A stretch of 64,000 bases of DNA from Diplonema japonicum (GCA_964019335.1 OZ025731.1:310001-374000), one strand, 5' to 3'; counted from the first letter of the stretch, positions 35,501-47,422 are shown. The notes: generated by a model from the letters alone, not told the origin. Made by a program: numbers and translations.

Positions 35501-36166
35501 GGAACCGGGGGGGGGGGGGGGGGGGGAAGAGAGAGAGAGTGTGTTTTTTTTTTCTTTCTTCATCTGTAGTGTGATTTTCTTTTTAAATGTCTCTCTCTTT
35601 TTTTTTTTTTTTTTTTTATGACCCTTTAGATTTTTTTTGTTGACCCGTCTGTACTTCCGTACTTAGAAAGAAAGAAAGAAAGAAAGACTTTTAAAAAAAA
35701 AGAGGAAATGTGGAATTGGTAAGATTGTGGTAGGGGGGGGGGGGGGGGGGACTTTCTGTTTTATGTTATGAGCTTATCCCGAATAACTTTTTTTTTTTAA
35801 ATCCATTCCCCTCCCCCATCCACCTCTCTCTCTCCCCCCCCTTTTTTTTTAGCTAACATTTAAAACGGTTTCGTTCTTCGGAAAGAAAAAAAAAGAAAGG
35901 TTTTTTTTTTTTTTTAAATCTTCAAATGACAAAAAAAAAAGAAAAAAAAAACCCCTGTTTTTTTTGTCCCCCCCCCATCTCTCTTTTTTTCTCCTTTACG
36001 TCATCACCATCGGTAGTAGTTAATAAAGAAAAAAAAAAACAAATAGCCTGCCTCTCCCCCTCCAAAAAAAAAGAAAACAGTCCTTGCAATTTTTTTGTCC
36101 CCCCCCACCCCTGTTGTTATCCAATTTTGCCACTTCAGATGAAGGGGTGAAAAAAAAAAAAAAGAA

Positions 36167-36388
36167 ATGGGTGATGCGACGCACAGCATAAGTTCTCTCA
36201 GAAGCCTGGACTCCTTTCTATCGAACTCCGATACGGCCTATCACACTCCTCTGGTGGGGTTGCACCTTCATGTAGGACATGTTCACGATTCCATGCTAGA
36301 CTTCGAACCTTCTGACCCCTCTGTAATGGAGGCCGCGGGAGGGATTTCACTTCATAACAGAGTAGAGGTGTTTAAACACTGGCGCTAA
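36167..36388 (+). CDS. Small hypothetical protein
   Basis: 73-aa ORF, A-run before ATG, non-homopolymer composition; no motif. Confidence 0.3.
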   Translation: MGDATHSISSLRSLDSFLSNSDTAYHTPLVGLHLHVGHVHDSMLDFEPSDPSVMEAAGGISLHNRVEVFKHWR

Positions 36389-36469
36389 AAAAAAAAAGTA
36401 AATAGTTACACAATAATATATTACACATTTTTCTTTTTTTTTTTGCAACGACTTTTTTTTGGGGGGGGT

Positions 36470-36600
36470 GGTCGGGAACAGTACTTTCCAAACCTGCTGG
36501 GACGATAGTAGGAGCCATTGAAGGGTGCCTCTCGCCGGCGAACAACAAAGACAATATTGTCATAAAGAATTATTTTGTTGGTAAATCGAAATCAAAGCCT
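36470..36600. repeat. Dispersed element related to 1111-1170 and 50893-50930
   Basis: tccaaacctgctgggac..ttgaagggtgcctctc shared with ~1128-1169; gcgaacaacaaagaca..gtcataaagaattatttt shared with 50893-50930. Confidence 0.75.
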
Positions 36601-36641
36601 TTCTTTCTTCCAATTCTTCCAAAGGAGGGTGCGGGGGGGGG

Positions 36642-38900
36642 ATGGCAGGCTGTCTCAGCGTCGACAACCTGCCGTCAAAGAAAAAAGACCGCGTGCTCAG
36701 TGTCTACGAGGCAGCCTTGGTATGCGGAATCGACAACGTGGGAGAGGAGCTGAACAGGAGCTGCGACGAAGGTCTGCTAGAAGCGCTGAAGGATGAAACG
36801 GACGCCCTCGCAGATCCATGCAGCGACCTAGCAACCCTGATATCCGAGCTAGCATCGTCTGAGGCCTTCGAAGGAGGAAAGGACAGAACAGTTCTGACCA
36901 ACATGCTCAGCCTCTGCGACAGGTTGCAACGATCGCTTTCTGTAAAATCAACCGTTATCGAAAAGAACTCTGAAACAATATCATTGCTCCAGCAGGAGGT
37001 CAGTGAAGGAGGCTCGGGCGTGATAGCGCTTCAAAACAAAATAGAGGAGCTCACTACAGATCACGAGGAACAGCTACGGAAACTAAAAAAAAGGCACGGC
37101 TTGGAGCGCGAGTGTTTGGAAGACAAGGCGGGCACCTTGGAAACGCAACTGTCCGGCCTTGGTGTTGAATTTGAAAAACACAAAAGCACGCTTCAGAAGA
37201 ATTCCCGTCAAGATGCCTTCATGGCCGATACAAGCAGAAAGAATGCAGCGTTAGAACGCCAAGTTGACGAGCTCCGTGGAGAGCTGTCAGGATCGCAACA
37301 AACCATTGCAGGGCTGAAGGGCCAGATCACCCGGTTAGAATCCGACGCGAAACGGAAGGAACGAAAAAAGGAACCATCGTCGCCCCCGCCGCCGGTACCT
37401 CTCCCGCCGCCCGTTATCGAAGAACCGAAGAAATCAGAAAAACCGTCGCTTTTGAAAAAGATAGCGAGGGAGGCCATTAAAGGAAAGAGAAACGCCGTCC
37501 ATCGGGAGTCGGTTCTGGCCAGAAAAAAAACCTCAACCAACCCAACAACACGCGACGCAAGCACCGAGACGACACAACAGAACGTAATTAAAAAGGAAAA
37601 CGGTATCACTCAACAAAACATGAACACTCCACTGCCGAACGTGCCGGAAGCATCACATCACCACGAAGAGGAAAGACCCGGTCCCACCGTCAAGCCAACC
37701 AGCCAAAGCACTGCCACAATGACGGACTCGAACGACAAAATATTTTTAACAGAGACGTTCACCACCACTTCCTTCAAGCGCGCGCGTTCTCCAACAGTTG
37801 TCCTGCCCGCAATCGGCACCCATGACACACAAGGAAAAGATAATGAGATCGACCGCCTGAACAAGCTTTTGAGAGAAACGGAAAACAGCTACAACCTAGC
37901 AAGGACCGATGCAAGAAAACTACAACAAGACATCTTGAGGGACGTTCAAATGACTGCGGTGGTGGCGGCCGCAAGGTTGCAGACCAAAGGCCTGTTGCGG
38001 GAATACTACTCAAGGCTGCACCTGTTAGCGAAGAAACAGAGTACACAGAACAGTACACAGAACAGGACGGCACATGACAAGGCGACGATGACGCAAGCGG
38101 TTCTTGAAACCCTGGTGGCTAGGACAAGAACAAGCCTGAAACCATCAGGGCTGTCGCAGCCCTTGCCGTTGGTCGAGGTAAGCTCAGCAATGGCATCGCC
38201 CTTGAAGCACCATGTCGATGCCACAAAGGAGCCTGAAGCGGTGCTGTTTAGCACTTTCCTGATGACGGGGTTCCTCGGGATGCAGCACCCACCGAAGCAG
38301 CCCTCTTCCACAGCATCTATTCATAAAGCATTACGTGCATTTTGTAAAGTGCGTTCGATGATGTTCCACATCGCTTCGCTTCTCATCCTCTTCGGCCGCA
38401 GAAAGGAGAAAATAAAACGATGGACCGGGCTTGGGATCCATGCTGAAACCGTGACTGGGGTGTACCTTGTCTTTAAAACAACAAGGTGCGAGCTTCGCGC
38501 TTTGGGTGAGACGATCAGGAAGGAGCGGAGAAGATATGGGGCGCAGTTTCTCTTTAGCGACGAAATCCTGCAGGGGTACGAAGCAAAGCTGGCAGTGTTG
38601 ATTGCCACCAGCAACAAAGCCAGCGTGTGCTTCCTCAAGAAATATTTCTCCGTGTTCAGCCCGCGCACTACATCTTGGGTTATGGTTAGAAGCATGAAGA
38701 AGTCCAGAGAAAAACCTGCCATTCTCCCCACAGTTCCCTCTGCGCCCCCCGTCCTCCGTGTTCCGCACCCCACGCCACATACATGGAACCCCACCGAGGC
38801 CGCAGTCGGCGGGCTTGGTACCACCGCTTCGAAGGTCGCCTTTGCAAAGAAGACGAAGAGGCGGAAGAAGATATTAATTCAGGTTTTACCAGTTTTGTGA
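36642..38900 (+). CDS. Coiled-coil hypothetical protein (752 aa)
   Basis: Long ORF with heptad-rich segments. Confidence 0.7.
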   Translation: MAGCLSVDNLPSKKKDRVLSVYEAALVCGIDNVGEELNRSCDEGLLEALKDETDALADPCSDLATLISELASSEAFEGGKDRTVLTNMLSLCDRLQRSLSVKSTVIEKNSETISLLQQEVSEGGSGVIALQNKIEELTTDHEEQLRKLKKRHGLERECLEDKAGTLETQLSGLGVEFEKHKSTLQKNSRQDAFMADTSRKNAALERQVDELRGELSGSQQTIAGLKGQITRLESDAKRKERKKEPSSPPPPVPLPPPVIEEPKKSEKPSLLKKIAREAIKGKRNAVHRESVLARKKTSTNPTTRDASTETTQQNVIKKENGITQQNMNTPLPNVPEASHHHEEERPGPTVKPTSQSTATMTDSNDKIFLTETFTTTSFKRARSPTVVLPAIGTHDTQGKDNEIDRLNKLLRETENSYNLARTDARKLQQDILRDVQMTAVVAAARLQTKGLLREYYSRLHLLAKKQSTQNSTQNRTAHDKATMTQAVLETLVARTRTSLKPSGLSQPLPLVEVSSAMASPLKHHVDATKEPEAVLFSTFLMTGFLGMQHPPKQPSSTASIHKALRAFCKVRSMMFHIASLLILFGRRKEKIKRWTGLGIHAETVTGVYLVFKTTRCELRALGETIRKERRRYGAQFLFSDEILQGYEAKLAVLIATSNKASVCFLKKYFSVFSPRTTSWVMVRSMKKSREKPAILPTVPSAPPVLRVPHPTPHTWNPTEAAVGGLGTTASKVAFAKKTKRRKKILIQVLPVL

Positions 38901-39153
38901 ACGGGGGAGGAAAAGAAATTCCTATTTCCTCCCCACTTTTTTTTTTTTTTTTTAGAGGACCAATGTTTCCAACCTCTCTGTGGTGGACACAAGCGAAGGG
39001 GAAACTCTTTTCTTTAAGCCGCAGGGGTATGCACTCTTTTTTACAAAGGAGTTTCCAAATGTTTTCCAAAAATGTTCAGACAGTTTGCACGGTTTCTTTT
39101 CTTCTTCTTTTTTTTTTTTTGTTTTCTCCCCCCACCCCCACAGATTCAAAAGG

Positions 39154-39184
<31 letters not shown>

Positions 39185-40303
39185 ATGAAATGCCAACTGC
39201 TGGTGTTGGTAATGGTGATAACGTCCGTAGCAGAGACGTGCAAAGATGAAGTGTGCAAAGGTGATGAACAAAACGATGCAAGAGCAGCAGCAGAGGCGAA
39301 GATCTGCGTGGACATCTTCAGAAAGGCGGCAGATGGGGGCGAGACAGGGCTAGACCGCGAAGAGGCAACAGGGGTCAGCATAGTGGAAAACGTAACAAAC
39401 GTCACCACAGAATGGACACGCGACGGCGTTCCAAGAGGAACCGCAGAATGGATCATCCCAGACAACCCCCTCCATCCCGACTGGAAGGTCAGGGTTCTAT
39501 TTTTACACGGAGGTGGATACAGCAGTTACTCACCATCTGATGTGTACCGGCCGTTAACAACGAGACTGGCAAAACTGCTAAGACTTCCCATTTTGGCAAT
39601 TGATTACAGACTAGTCCCTGAGCATCCGTTCCCTGCTGGGGTCGAGGATGCTGTGAAGTCATTGTCATGGTTATGGAGGAACAGCCATGAAGCTGCTCAC
39701 CCTGCAGATAAGGTGTTCGTCATTGGAGATAGTGCGGGAAGCGGGATGGCGCTCTCTTTGTTTCTGTCGGTTATAAGCGGAACCATCGACGGTGAGAGTT
39801 CGTCGAAAATTTTGAACGATGTGGCACAACCGACAGGCGGGGTGTTGTTATCTGCGTACACCGATCTGTCTTGCAGCCTACCGTCTTATAAAAGCAAGTC
39901 ATGGGACCCTGTAACTGGTCTTGGCGACCCTATATTCTCTGATGGGAACAGCACAGAGGACATTCTCGGTTCGGTAGAAACGGGTATCGCGTACTTGCCT
40001 GCTGATGGGCGGTATTCCCTTACCAACCCGATTGCTTCTCCTTACTGGGCTCCTATGGCTTGGCTTGCGCAGTTGCCTCCTATATACATGGTGGTGGGTG
40101 GTGCTGAGATCATGCTGGATGACACTGTTATGTTTGTGGAGAAGACGAAGAAGGCGGGGAATTTAAGAATAGAGCATGAGGTGTATCCTCGGATGTGGCA
40201 CGACCACCCTATGTACACTGAGAATTGTATTGGGACAGGGCATCTAGGGGAAGCACACCGTGCGTTGGAAAACATCAAAAAATTCATTTATTCTATGTTG
40301 TGA
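39185..40303 (+). CDS. Secreted alpha/beta hydrolase, HSL/GDXG esterase family
   Basis: Signal peptide; HGGGY, DYRLVPEHPFPA, GDSAG, E.MLDD, YPRMWH. Confidence 0.92.
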   Translation: MKCQLLVLVMVITSVAETCKDEVCKGDEQNDARAAAEAKICVDIFRKAADGGETGLDREEATGVSIVENVTNVTTEWTRDGVPRGTAEWIIPDNPLHPDWKVRVLFLHGGGYSSYSPSDVYRPLTTRLAKLLRLPILAIDYRLVPEHPFPAGVEDAVKSLSWLWRNSHEAAHPADKVFVIGDSAGSGMALSLFLSVISGTIDGESSSKILNDVAQPTGGVLLSAYTDLSCSLPSYKSKSWDPVTGLGDPIFSDGNSTEDILGSVETGIAYLPADGRYSLTNPIASPYWAPMAWLAQLPPIYMVVGGAEIMLDDTVMFVEKTKKAGNLRIEHEVYPRMWHDHPMYTENCIGTGHLGEAHRALENIKKFIYSML

Positions 40304-40441
40304 TAAAACCCGTGTTTTTCATTATTATTACTGTGCTGTAAAACAATAAATTTTTCGGGAAGTAAAAAAGCCTCCGGTATCCTATTCCTTGTTGCATTTT
40401 AAAGTTGAAGAATTGATAAGATAAAATAATCACTGGATTTT

Positions 40442-40476
<35 letters not shown>

Positions 40477-40605
40477 CATATCACAAAAAACCCCTTACGA
40501 AAAAGAGAAAATAAACCATGATTGGGAGACGAAGAAAGCAACGGGTGTCTCCGGTAAAGTTTCCTTCCGGAATTAATTGTTTTACAGTATTTTCTTTTTT
40601 CTTCT

Positions 40606-40645
<40 letters not shown>

Positions 40646-40923
40646 AAAAAAAAAGAAATATAACTCATCACAGGTCCCCCTCCCTCTTCCTCTCCACTCC
40701 CTCTCGCCTGGTGCGGCTCCCAGGTACTTTTCTTCCTTCCTCTTTTATACCTTTGCTCTCCACTCTTCCTTTCCTTAAAAAGAAAATACCCACATATACA
40801 AAAAAAAAAAAAAAGAAAATCTTTTTTTTTTTAAAAGTTTACCTCCCATCTAGAAAGATAATAGGGTTTTCTTATTAAATACCTCTTTTTTTAATAGAAC
40901 AAAAGGAATAATAAAAAAAAAAA

Positions 40924-41244
40924 ATGCAGGAGCAGCAAGGTATTTTTAAAAAAAAAAAAGAATCCCCAATTCCCAATCCCAACAGATTTCAATGCCGCAG
41001 GTATGGCAGCACAGACGGTAACTGTGACCAACCAGAGTGGGCAGAAGAAACAGTACATTAATGATATTGGTGACCCGAGCAAGGTGGTGCACTGCCGTAA
41101 TGTTACAGCTGACGTAACGCAGTCGGGCCTTGTTGCAATGTGCCAGCAGTTTGGTCGGGTTGTCAACGTGGTGATGCTTCGCGCAAAGAACCAGGCCCTC
41201 ATTGAAATGGACAACCACGAAAGCGCAAAAGCGGTACGGGAGAC

Positions 41245-41281
<37 letters not shown>

Positions 41282-42095
41282 TGGTCGAGTACTGCCAGCA
41301 GCAGGGTTTCGTTGATGTGGACCACAGAAGGGTCTACGTTAAGTACTCCCGGCACCAGGAGCTCAGCGACACCCCTGCAGGGAAAACTCTGCTTGTGTCA
41401 ATGTTCAACCCTGAGTACGACATTTCCGGGATGGTGCAGCTGACTCCACTCATTGTGTACCAGGTATGTGGGAGATTTAAAAAAAAAAAAAAAAAAAAAA
41501 CCCAGATCTTCGGCAACTACGGGCAGGTGGAGAAGATTGTCGTCCTCCCTAAGAACGCCTCCTCGGCACAGAACCACAACAGGGTGCAGTCCCTTGTGCA
41601 GTTCTGTGATAAGGAACAGGCTGAAAAGGTGAAGAACATGCTGCAAGGCCAGCCTGTGAACCTCGGTGACCAGGCGTCGTTCTTCCTTGACATTCAGGTA
41701 TTTGAGGGGAGTGGGAAAAAATGGAAAAAAAAAAAAAAATTAAAAAAAAAATAGTTCTCCAAAGTGCCTGAGATCACTGCGACTGGGAACTCTGCTACTT
41801 CTATGGTGGTGCCCAAGGGTATGTGGGAGAAAAAAAAAAATTTTTTTTTTTAAAGGGGAAATAACAAAAAAAAAAAAAAAAAAAAAAAAAAGGTTTCACT
41901 CCCCAGCTGCTCGCACAGCAGCAAATGTTCACCCAGATGGGTCAAATGGGCCAGATGGGACAAATGGGCCAGATGGGACAAATTAACCCCATGGGCCAAA
42001 TGGGCCAGATGCCAATGGGCCAAATGGGGGCCTCACCCCAGCAGTTGCTTACCCAGCAGCTGAACCCTTTCGCTATGCAAGGGTTTGCTCAGTGA
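40924..42095 (+). CDS. PTB/hnRNP-L-like double-RRM protein (trypanosome DRBD3-like), 6 exons
   Basis: PSKVVHCRNV, KNQALIEM, YSRHQEL, FGNYG.VEKIV, NRVQSLVQF; introns 40940-40985, 41234-41280, 41464-41505, 41698-41754, 41819-41892; QMG-repeat tail. Confidence 0.88.
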
Positions 42096-43142
42096 TTTAA
42101 AAAAAAAAAAAACTTGAGTGTGGCTTTATTTCTTTTTCTCCTACTTTTTTTTTCATTGAGCTTTCCCCCCCCCTTTTTTTTTCAGATTTCTGCATACAAG
42201 TTTCCCCCGAACGAAGACAAAATGAAAAAAAGAAGAAGAAAAAAAGAAATGGTGAATGAAAAAAAAAAAGAGAAAAAATACCCAGTGGGAGGGGGAGGGT
42301 GAGGCAGTTGCTTTGTTCCCACCCACCCCTACCCCCACCACCCCCCCCCTACTCAAACATTCTCCCGTTCCCACCCCCTTTTTCACTTTTTTCTCTAGGA
42401 CCGCAGAGTGGAGGAAGGGAAAAAAAAAAAAATGAAGGCAATACTTTTCTTTTTAAAAAAATCCCCAGAGAGCAAAAAAAAAAAAAAAAAAAAAAATACT
42501 TGAATTTAAGGAAAAGAGGAAGTTTTTTTTTAAAAGGAAAATGAAGGAAGAAAAAAAAAAAAGTGTGGCACCAACAGGAACAGGGTTTTTAAAAAAAGGG
42601 AGGGGTGTGAGGGGGGAAGTATAAAAAAAAAAACGGAAACAAAATAAAAAAATGAATACATTGGGCGACTTGTACAACTACAAAATATCTCCCTGACCTT
42701 CCCACTGTCTCCCCTCCCCAGAAGTTTTGAGGAAAAAAAAAAAAAAAAAGGGAAAAAAAAAACCTGCTTTGCGGGTTTTCTTTTTTCAAGGGCTGCCTTA
42801 TTCCAGCTTCTTCCCCCTTCCCCGTTTTCTTTTATTTTTTTTTTTATTTTTATATTTTCTTTTTTCTTTTTACTTTTATTATCCTTGCCTGTATTTAGCC
42901 TCAGATTTTTTTCTTTTTTTTTCTTTTTTTTAATGGGTTAAGGGGAAAAAAAAACCCTTTTTTTTATTCGGTTCTTTTTTTTTTTTTTTTTTCCCTTCAT
43001 TTTTTTTCCCCCCCCGCCTACAAAAAGAAATAGCTATTATTCACAACGAATAATGAATCATATCTGACCGGGGGGAGGAGGGGGTGAAACTACAAAAAAC
43101 CGACAACAGAAAAAAATATTCACCCGGTGCCGGGAGGGGGGG

Positions 43143-43587
43143 TAGGGGGGGTCATAAGGGGGTCGTTATTGCCCTTTTTCAGGCTCTTCGCCAAGGGCAT
43201 TTTGGGCCCTTAAAAAAACTGTAACCACCCCAAAAGTGCCCACAAATCACCCAAACCCCCGTTTCCCGATGGTTTCCGGCCCCAGAAGTGCCCAGAATCA
43301 TGTTCTAATTTTGGGGCCCCCGTTTGGTACTTTCCCTATGTAATCCTAGGGAACATAAAATAGGGGCCCCTAGGATTACATAGGGAAAGTACCAAACGGG
43401 GGCCCCAAAATTAGAACATGATTCTGGGCACTTCTGGGGCCGGAAACCATCGGGAAACGGGGGTTTGGGTGATTTGTGGGCACTTTTGGGGTGGTTACAG
43501 TTTTTTTAAGGGCCCAAAATGCCCTTGGCGAAGAGCCTGAAAAAGGGCAAAAAGTGGCCCTTTTTAAGGACCATATGACCCCCCCTA
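43143..43587. mobile_element. Foldback/MITE with 183-bp inverted arms and TA termini
   Basis: 43169-43351 is the reverse complement of 43368-43550 (16-nt loop); outer 14-bp IR tagggggggtcata/tatgacccccccta. Confidence 0.9.
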
Positions 43588-44591
43588 GGGCTATGCTGGC
43601 ATGGAAACGCGTTTCCATGCATTTTTTGAAAAAAAGGGAAACGGAAACGGAAACGTTTCCCTATTTTGGGGCCGTTTCCTTGGGGCAGAAACGTTTCCTT
43701 ATTTTGGGGGTTTTAGAGACTTATTTTTTTGGGGGCAAATCACTCGGAAGAAATATACGAGACAAAGGGGGCCAGTGTTGGTGGCGCCCTGGGGAAATCT
43801 TCTGGGTTTCGATGAAGGATGCGATTGTGGCATCCATTTTTTGAACAGCGTCGTCAACCAGCCTTCCGCTCAGAGCTTTCCTGTCCGGTAGCTCGTACGT
43901 GGCCCCGAGCGGAAGGCGCTTCACCTTCTCAAACAGTGCCTTGAATGTTCTGTTATGAGAGGACACGAAACAGATAAACATCATACCGATGTTCGACCCT
44001 CAAAAATGGGGTCCCAGTTTTTCGAGAAAGAAATCCCGAACAGCCCTGTCCACGTCGTCTGGCGTGCTTGTAGCAGTTAAAAATGGCGTCATTGGCCTGT
44101 TCTCCACTTTACGCTTCTTCGTTCCCTCTGCCTCAGCCTTCGCCTCCGCTGTCGCTTTCTCCAACAGCTTCTTGTGGGGCTCCACTATCCCCTTGGGGGC
44201 ACACGTCGCTACTCCTTGGCCTTTTGTTTGGAACATGTGGGCGCGGAGTCTGCTGGTTGACGCTACTGTGAAGACCATATCACAGAAGCGACATTTTACT
44301 GTCTTCTTCTTCCCATCCTCCGCCTGAACCTCCACCCCACCCCACAAGCGCCTCCCAGGGGGTGCTTTCTCTGGACCATGTTTACTTTGTAGAGACCGAC
44401 GTGCGCTTTCCTTGTAAAACCCCAAAAGTAAGTATCTTCAAAAACCCCAAATAAATAAGGACCTTCTAAACAGTGTTTACCGAAATATACATAACCGTTT
44501 CCATAACCATGGAAACGCGTTTCCATGAGAATTTTGAAAACATGGAAACGGAAACGGAAACGTTTCCACGTTTCCTGCCAGCATAGCCCTA
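43586..44591 (-). mobile_element. Internally deleted hAT element with BED-finger transposase remnant
   Basis: TIR tagggctatgctggca/tgccagcatagcccta; subterminal ggaaac repeats; minus-strand CRFC..RLRAH..GVATC and frameshifted YELPDRKALSGRLVD. Confidence 0.85.
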
Positions 44592-44709
44592 GGGGGGGGG
44601 GGGGGGGGGGTGGAGAAGGACCAGGACAAAAAAAAATGCAACAAAAAAAAAACAATTTTCAAATTTTCTTTCCGTGAAGTAATAATAATATAAAAAAAAA
44701 AAAAGAAAA

Positions 44710-45963
44710 ATGCACCGCCGGCGAAAAGCGTTGGCAGGACCATTCATAGATGTGACCACCGTGAAAAAGGGAAAACCACGTTACCCGCAAAAACAAAGGC
44801 CGTGGACGAAAAAAAACGAGAACGATGATTTAACAGGCGACGAGAAGACCGCACGCACAATCCAACTCAAAGACGAAGAAATTCGGAGAACCGCGGCCAT
44901 CATTTGCATGCAAACACACAACCGAATCTGGGACGCGCGTAGAAACGAGCCAGAACAGGTCAAAGCCAGAAGAACAACCTTAAACACCTCCGTGAAAAAT
45001 TATCTAAACACCCTCGAAAGATCAAATGAAGTAGGAACCAGATCACTCTCCCAAGCAATGGCCATGTGCTCCAGAGTACATGACCTCCCGGAAGCACTAA
45101 ATATCTACAACCGTATCCAGCAAGATCTTCGCGACACCCACCACGATGTCCTCCTGGCAACATGCCACATCACAATGGGTGACCACAAAGAAGCCGGTTC
45201 AATATTGCAAAACCTCAAAACAGAGTCGGTCCACCCTTCTTTCGCAATGCGGCTCCTCTCCCACACAATGCTCAGAAGAAGGTTGTCTCATCCTGCAGAA
45301 CACGAAACATTGCGAAACATCGCTTTCGAAATTGGAGAAAGGTTCAAACTCAGAGGCGACGAGGGTGTCTGCCGGAATCTAGTTCACCTGGCGATGGGAC
45401 ATGAAGACGCTTTAAACCTGAAAAAACTGACGAAACTTTCCGGTTTCGACGGGGTTGTGGGAGCCTGCGCAGAAGCAGGAGTCGAAGAACTGCAAAAATG
45501 CAAACCGTATCTGGAAAAAGGCTACTTGAAAAAGGTTGGTTTTGAGTTCTACATGGGCGGGTTGGGCGCGCACCCCGACACCGTAGACTATAGCGAGCTG
45601 CAAGAAGCATGGACCGCAACCCGGAATATATTCAAATCAACGGAAGCATGGATGCTAACTTATTTCTGCGATGCTGCTCTGTCTCATTTTTTGCACGACC
45701 CCGAATCCTCTGAGGACGTCCTTCTTGACATGGAGAAGAAATTCGCTGTCTACATAACTCGGATCCTCTCGCTGTCGCCGTCCGAGCTCAGTAAAGGAAC
45801 GAACAGGACGGACATCGCCCCCCGTGCGTGGGAGTACCTCATGCAAGCTTACAGCGTCACCGACCAGCCGAACAAAGCGGACTGGCTCCACCGCCTTGCA
45901 GGAGGCTCCGCCATTAGCACCGTTTACGAGCAGCACCGAGCTGCCGTTAAGCATATCATCTGA
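44710..45963 (+). CDS. Helical-repeat (PPR-like) hypothetical protein
   Basis: SLSQAMAMCSR..EALNIY and AWEYLMQAYS..NKADWL resemble PPR helices; basic N-terminus. Confidence 0.55.
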   Translation: MHRRRKALAGPFIDVTTVKKGKPRYPQKQRPWTKKNENDDLTGDEKTARTIQLKDEEIRRTAAIICMQTHNRIWDARRNEPEQVKARRTTLNTSVKNYLNTLERSNEVGTRSLSQAMAMCSRVHDLPEALNIYNRIQQDLRDTHHDVLLATCHITMGDHKEAGSILQNLKTESVHPSFAMRLLSHTMLRRRLSHPAEHETLRNIAFEIGERFKLRGDEGVCRNLVHLAMGHEDALNLKKLTKLSGFDGVVGACAEAGVEELQKCKPYLEKGYLKKVGFEFYMGGLGAHPDTVDYSELQEAWTATRNIFKSTEAWMLTYFCDAALSHFLHDPESSEDVLLDMEKKFAVYITRILSLSPSELSKGTNRTDIAPRAWEYLMQAYSVTDQPNKADWLHRLAGGSAISTVYEQHRAAVKHII

Positions 45964-46298
45964 AAGAGGGTGCGTTTTTCACCAGGGGGGTTTTTTTTTT
46001 TCTTTTTTTTCTTAAACATCATCGCCCCCCCCCCCCCTTTTTTTGTATACAAGAACTTTGAAAGATTAGAGAGCGGAGATCGTCCACACGTGATCTTGCT
46101 TCATGTGATCAGAAATGAAGAAAGTCGTGCGATACGTGAGCGCACCGAATCACCACCTCCTTCGACCAAATCGATGCAATTACAAGGTCAGGCAAAAATC
46201 ACCAAAGAAAGGTTTTTTGGCATAGAAAAATTAATTCCGTTCCTGCCCTACTGGACACTTAATAAAAATAAAGGGGGAGGAGGGGGGGGTTTAGTTAT

Positions 46299-46763
46299 AT
46301 GCCTTGTTCTATTGAAAAACCGAATGAATTCACGGCCCGCCTCACCTCTGCAACGGACAGCAGGAGTATACTGTGGACAGTGGCATTGGCTGTGGCATTG
46401 GTAAGCGTTGCACTAGGGTGTGGAGTAGAGGCATGGCCACTGGCGGCTTGTGTGGTGGTGATGCTGACGTTGGTGTGGAAACAGGCGACGGAGGTACGGC
46501 GTGAGTCGTTGCTTGTAGTGCAAGGTGTGTGTGTGCAGCTTGAACAGTCTTCGTTCCTGAGGACCACCTGTGAGATGTACCCAACCAGTAGCGTTAAAGC
46601 CGTGTTCATAAACGAAGCCTTCCACGGCTTGACGGTGCGCAACGTGTTGGCTATGTCGTGCGATGAAACGCCTGTCCTTCTCCTCCCCTTTCAGAACACC
46701 AACCCGAAGCTCCCCTTCCTTCGCGATGCTTGGAGCCTCGTTGACTCCATGCTGCAGACCTGA
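46299..46763 (+). CDS. PIGH: GPI-GlcNAc transferase subunit H (PIG-H/Gpi15)-like
   Basis: Two TM helices, then VRRESLLVVQGVCVQLE, VFINEAF, PFQNTNPKL. Confidence 0.8.
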   Translation: MPCSIEKPNEFTARLTSATDSRSILWTVALAVALVSVALGCGVEAWPLAACVVVMLTLVWKQATEVRRESLLVVQGVCVQLEQSSFLRTTCEMYPTSSVKAVFINEAFHGLTVRNVLAMSCDETPVLLLPFQNTNPKLPFLRDAWSLVDSMLQT

Positions 46764-47164
46764 CGTCTTTTTTTTTTTTTTTTTTTTTTTTTTTCTTCCG
46801 CCAGGTCCCCAAAAAAAAAAAAAAAAAAAAAAAAAACCTCAGGGGTGGTGGTGGTGTAAGAAATGGACCCTATTGAGGAAGGATGCCCGCAAACACAGTC
46901 CCTTACCAGGTACATTACCTATTTGCATTCCGACCTTGCCTTCTCTAGGTCCGAGAACGAAAAGCTTCGCGGCGAGATATATTCCCTGCACCAAGAGAGG
47001 ACACAGAACCGCGCAGCGAGGGAACGATGAGTCTTTCCCCCCCCCCCCCCCCCCTATTTGTCAAGTTTCAACATCAAAAAAGGAGGGTTGGAGGGGGGGA
47101 GGGGGGGGGGGGGGAAAGAGGGGGGGGGAGAGAAACGTACATAAAGAGGGTCTCTCTTTTCCTC

Positions 47165-47422
47165 ATGGGCCTCTGCTGCTCGTCTCCTGATAGCCCCAGA
47201 GAGTCACCAAGGACACCTGATGAGTACCGTGGCGCACAACGAGATACACTTTCAGCACTAAGTGTCAACAGCAGTGATGGTGCCGATCCCCTGCCTATGT
47301 ATAAAAAGAAAGCGCCCCCCCCAATGAGAAATATCCCTTCAAACTTCAAGGTGTGCCGTGTTATACTTTTGGGAGGGGGGAAAAAAAATTTTTTTTTAAA
47401 GCATGTACAACTTCGTGCATAA
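47165..47422 (+). CDS. Small putatively acylated protein (MGLCC), 3' end uncertain
   Basis: N-myristoyl/palmitoyl-type start MGLCCS; short ORF. Confidence 0.35.
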   Translation: MGLCCSSPDSPRESPRTPDEYRGAQRDTLSALSVNSSDGADPLPMYKKKAPPPMRNIPSNFKVCRVILLGGGKKNFFLKHVQLRA

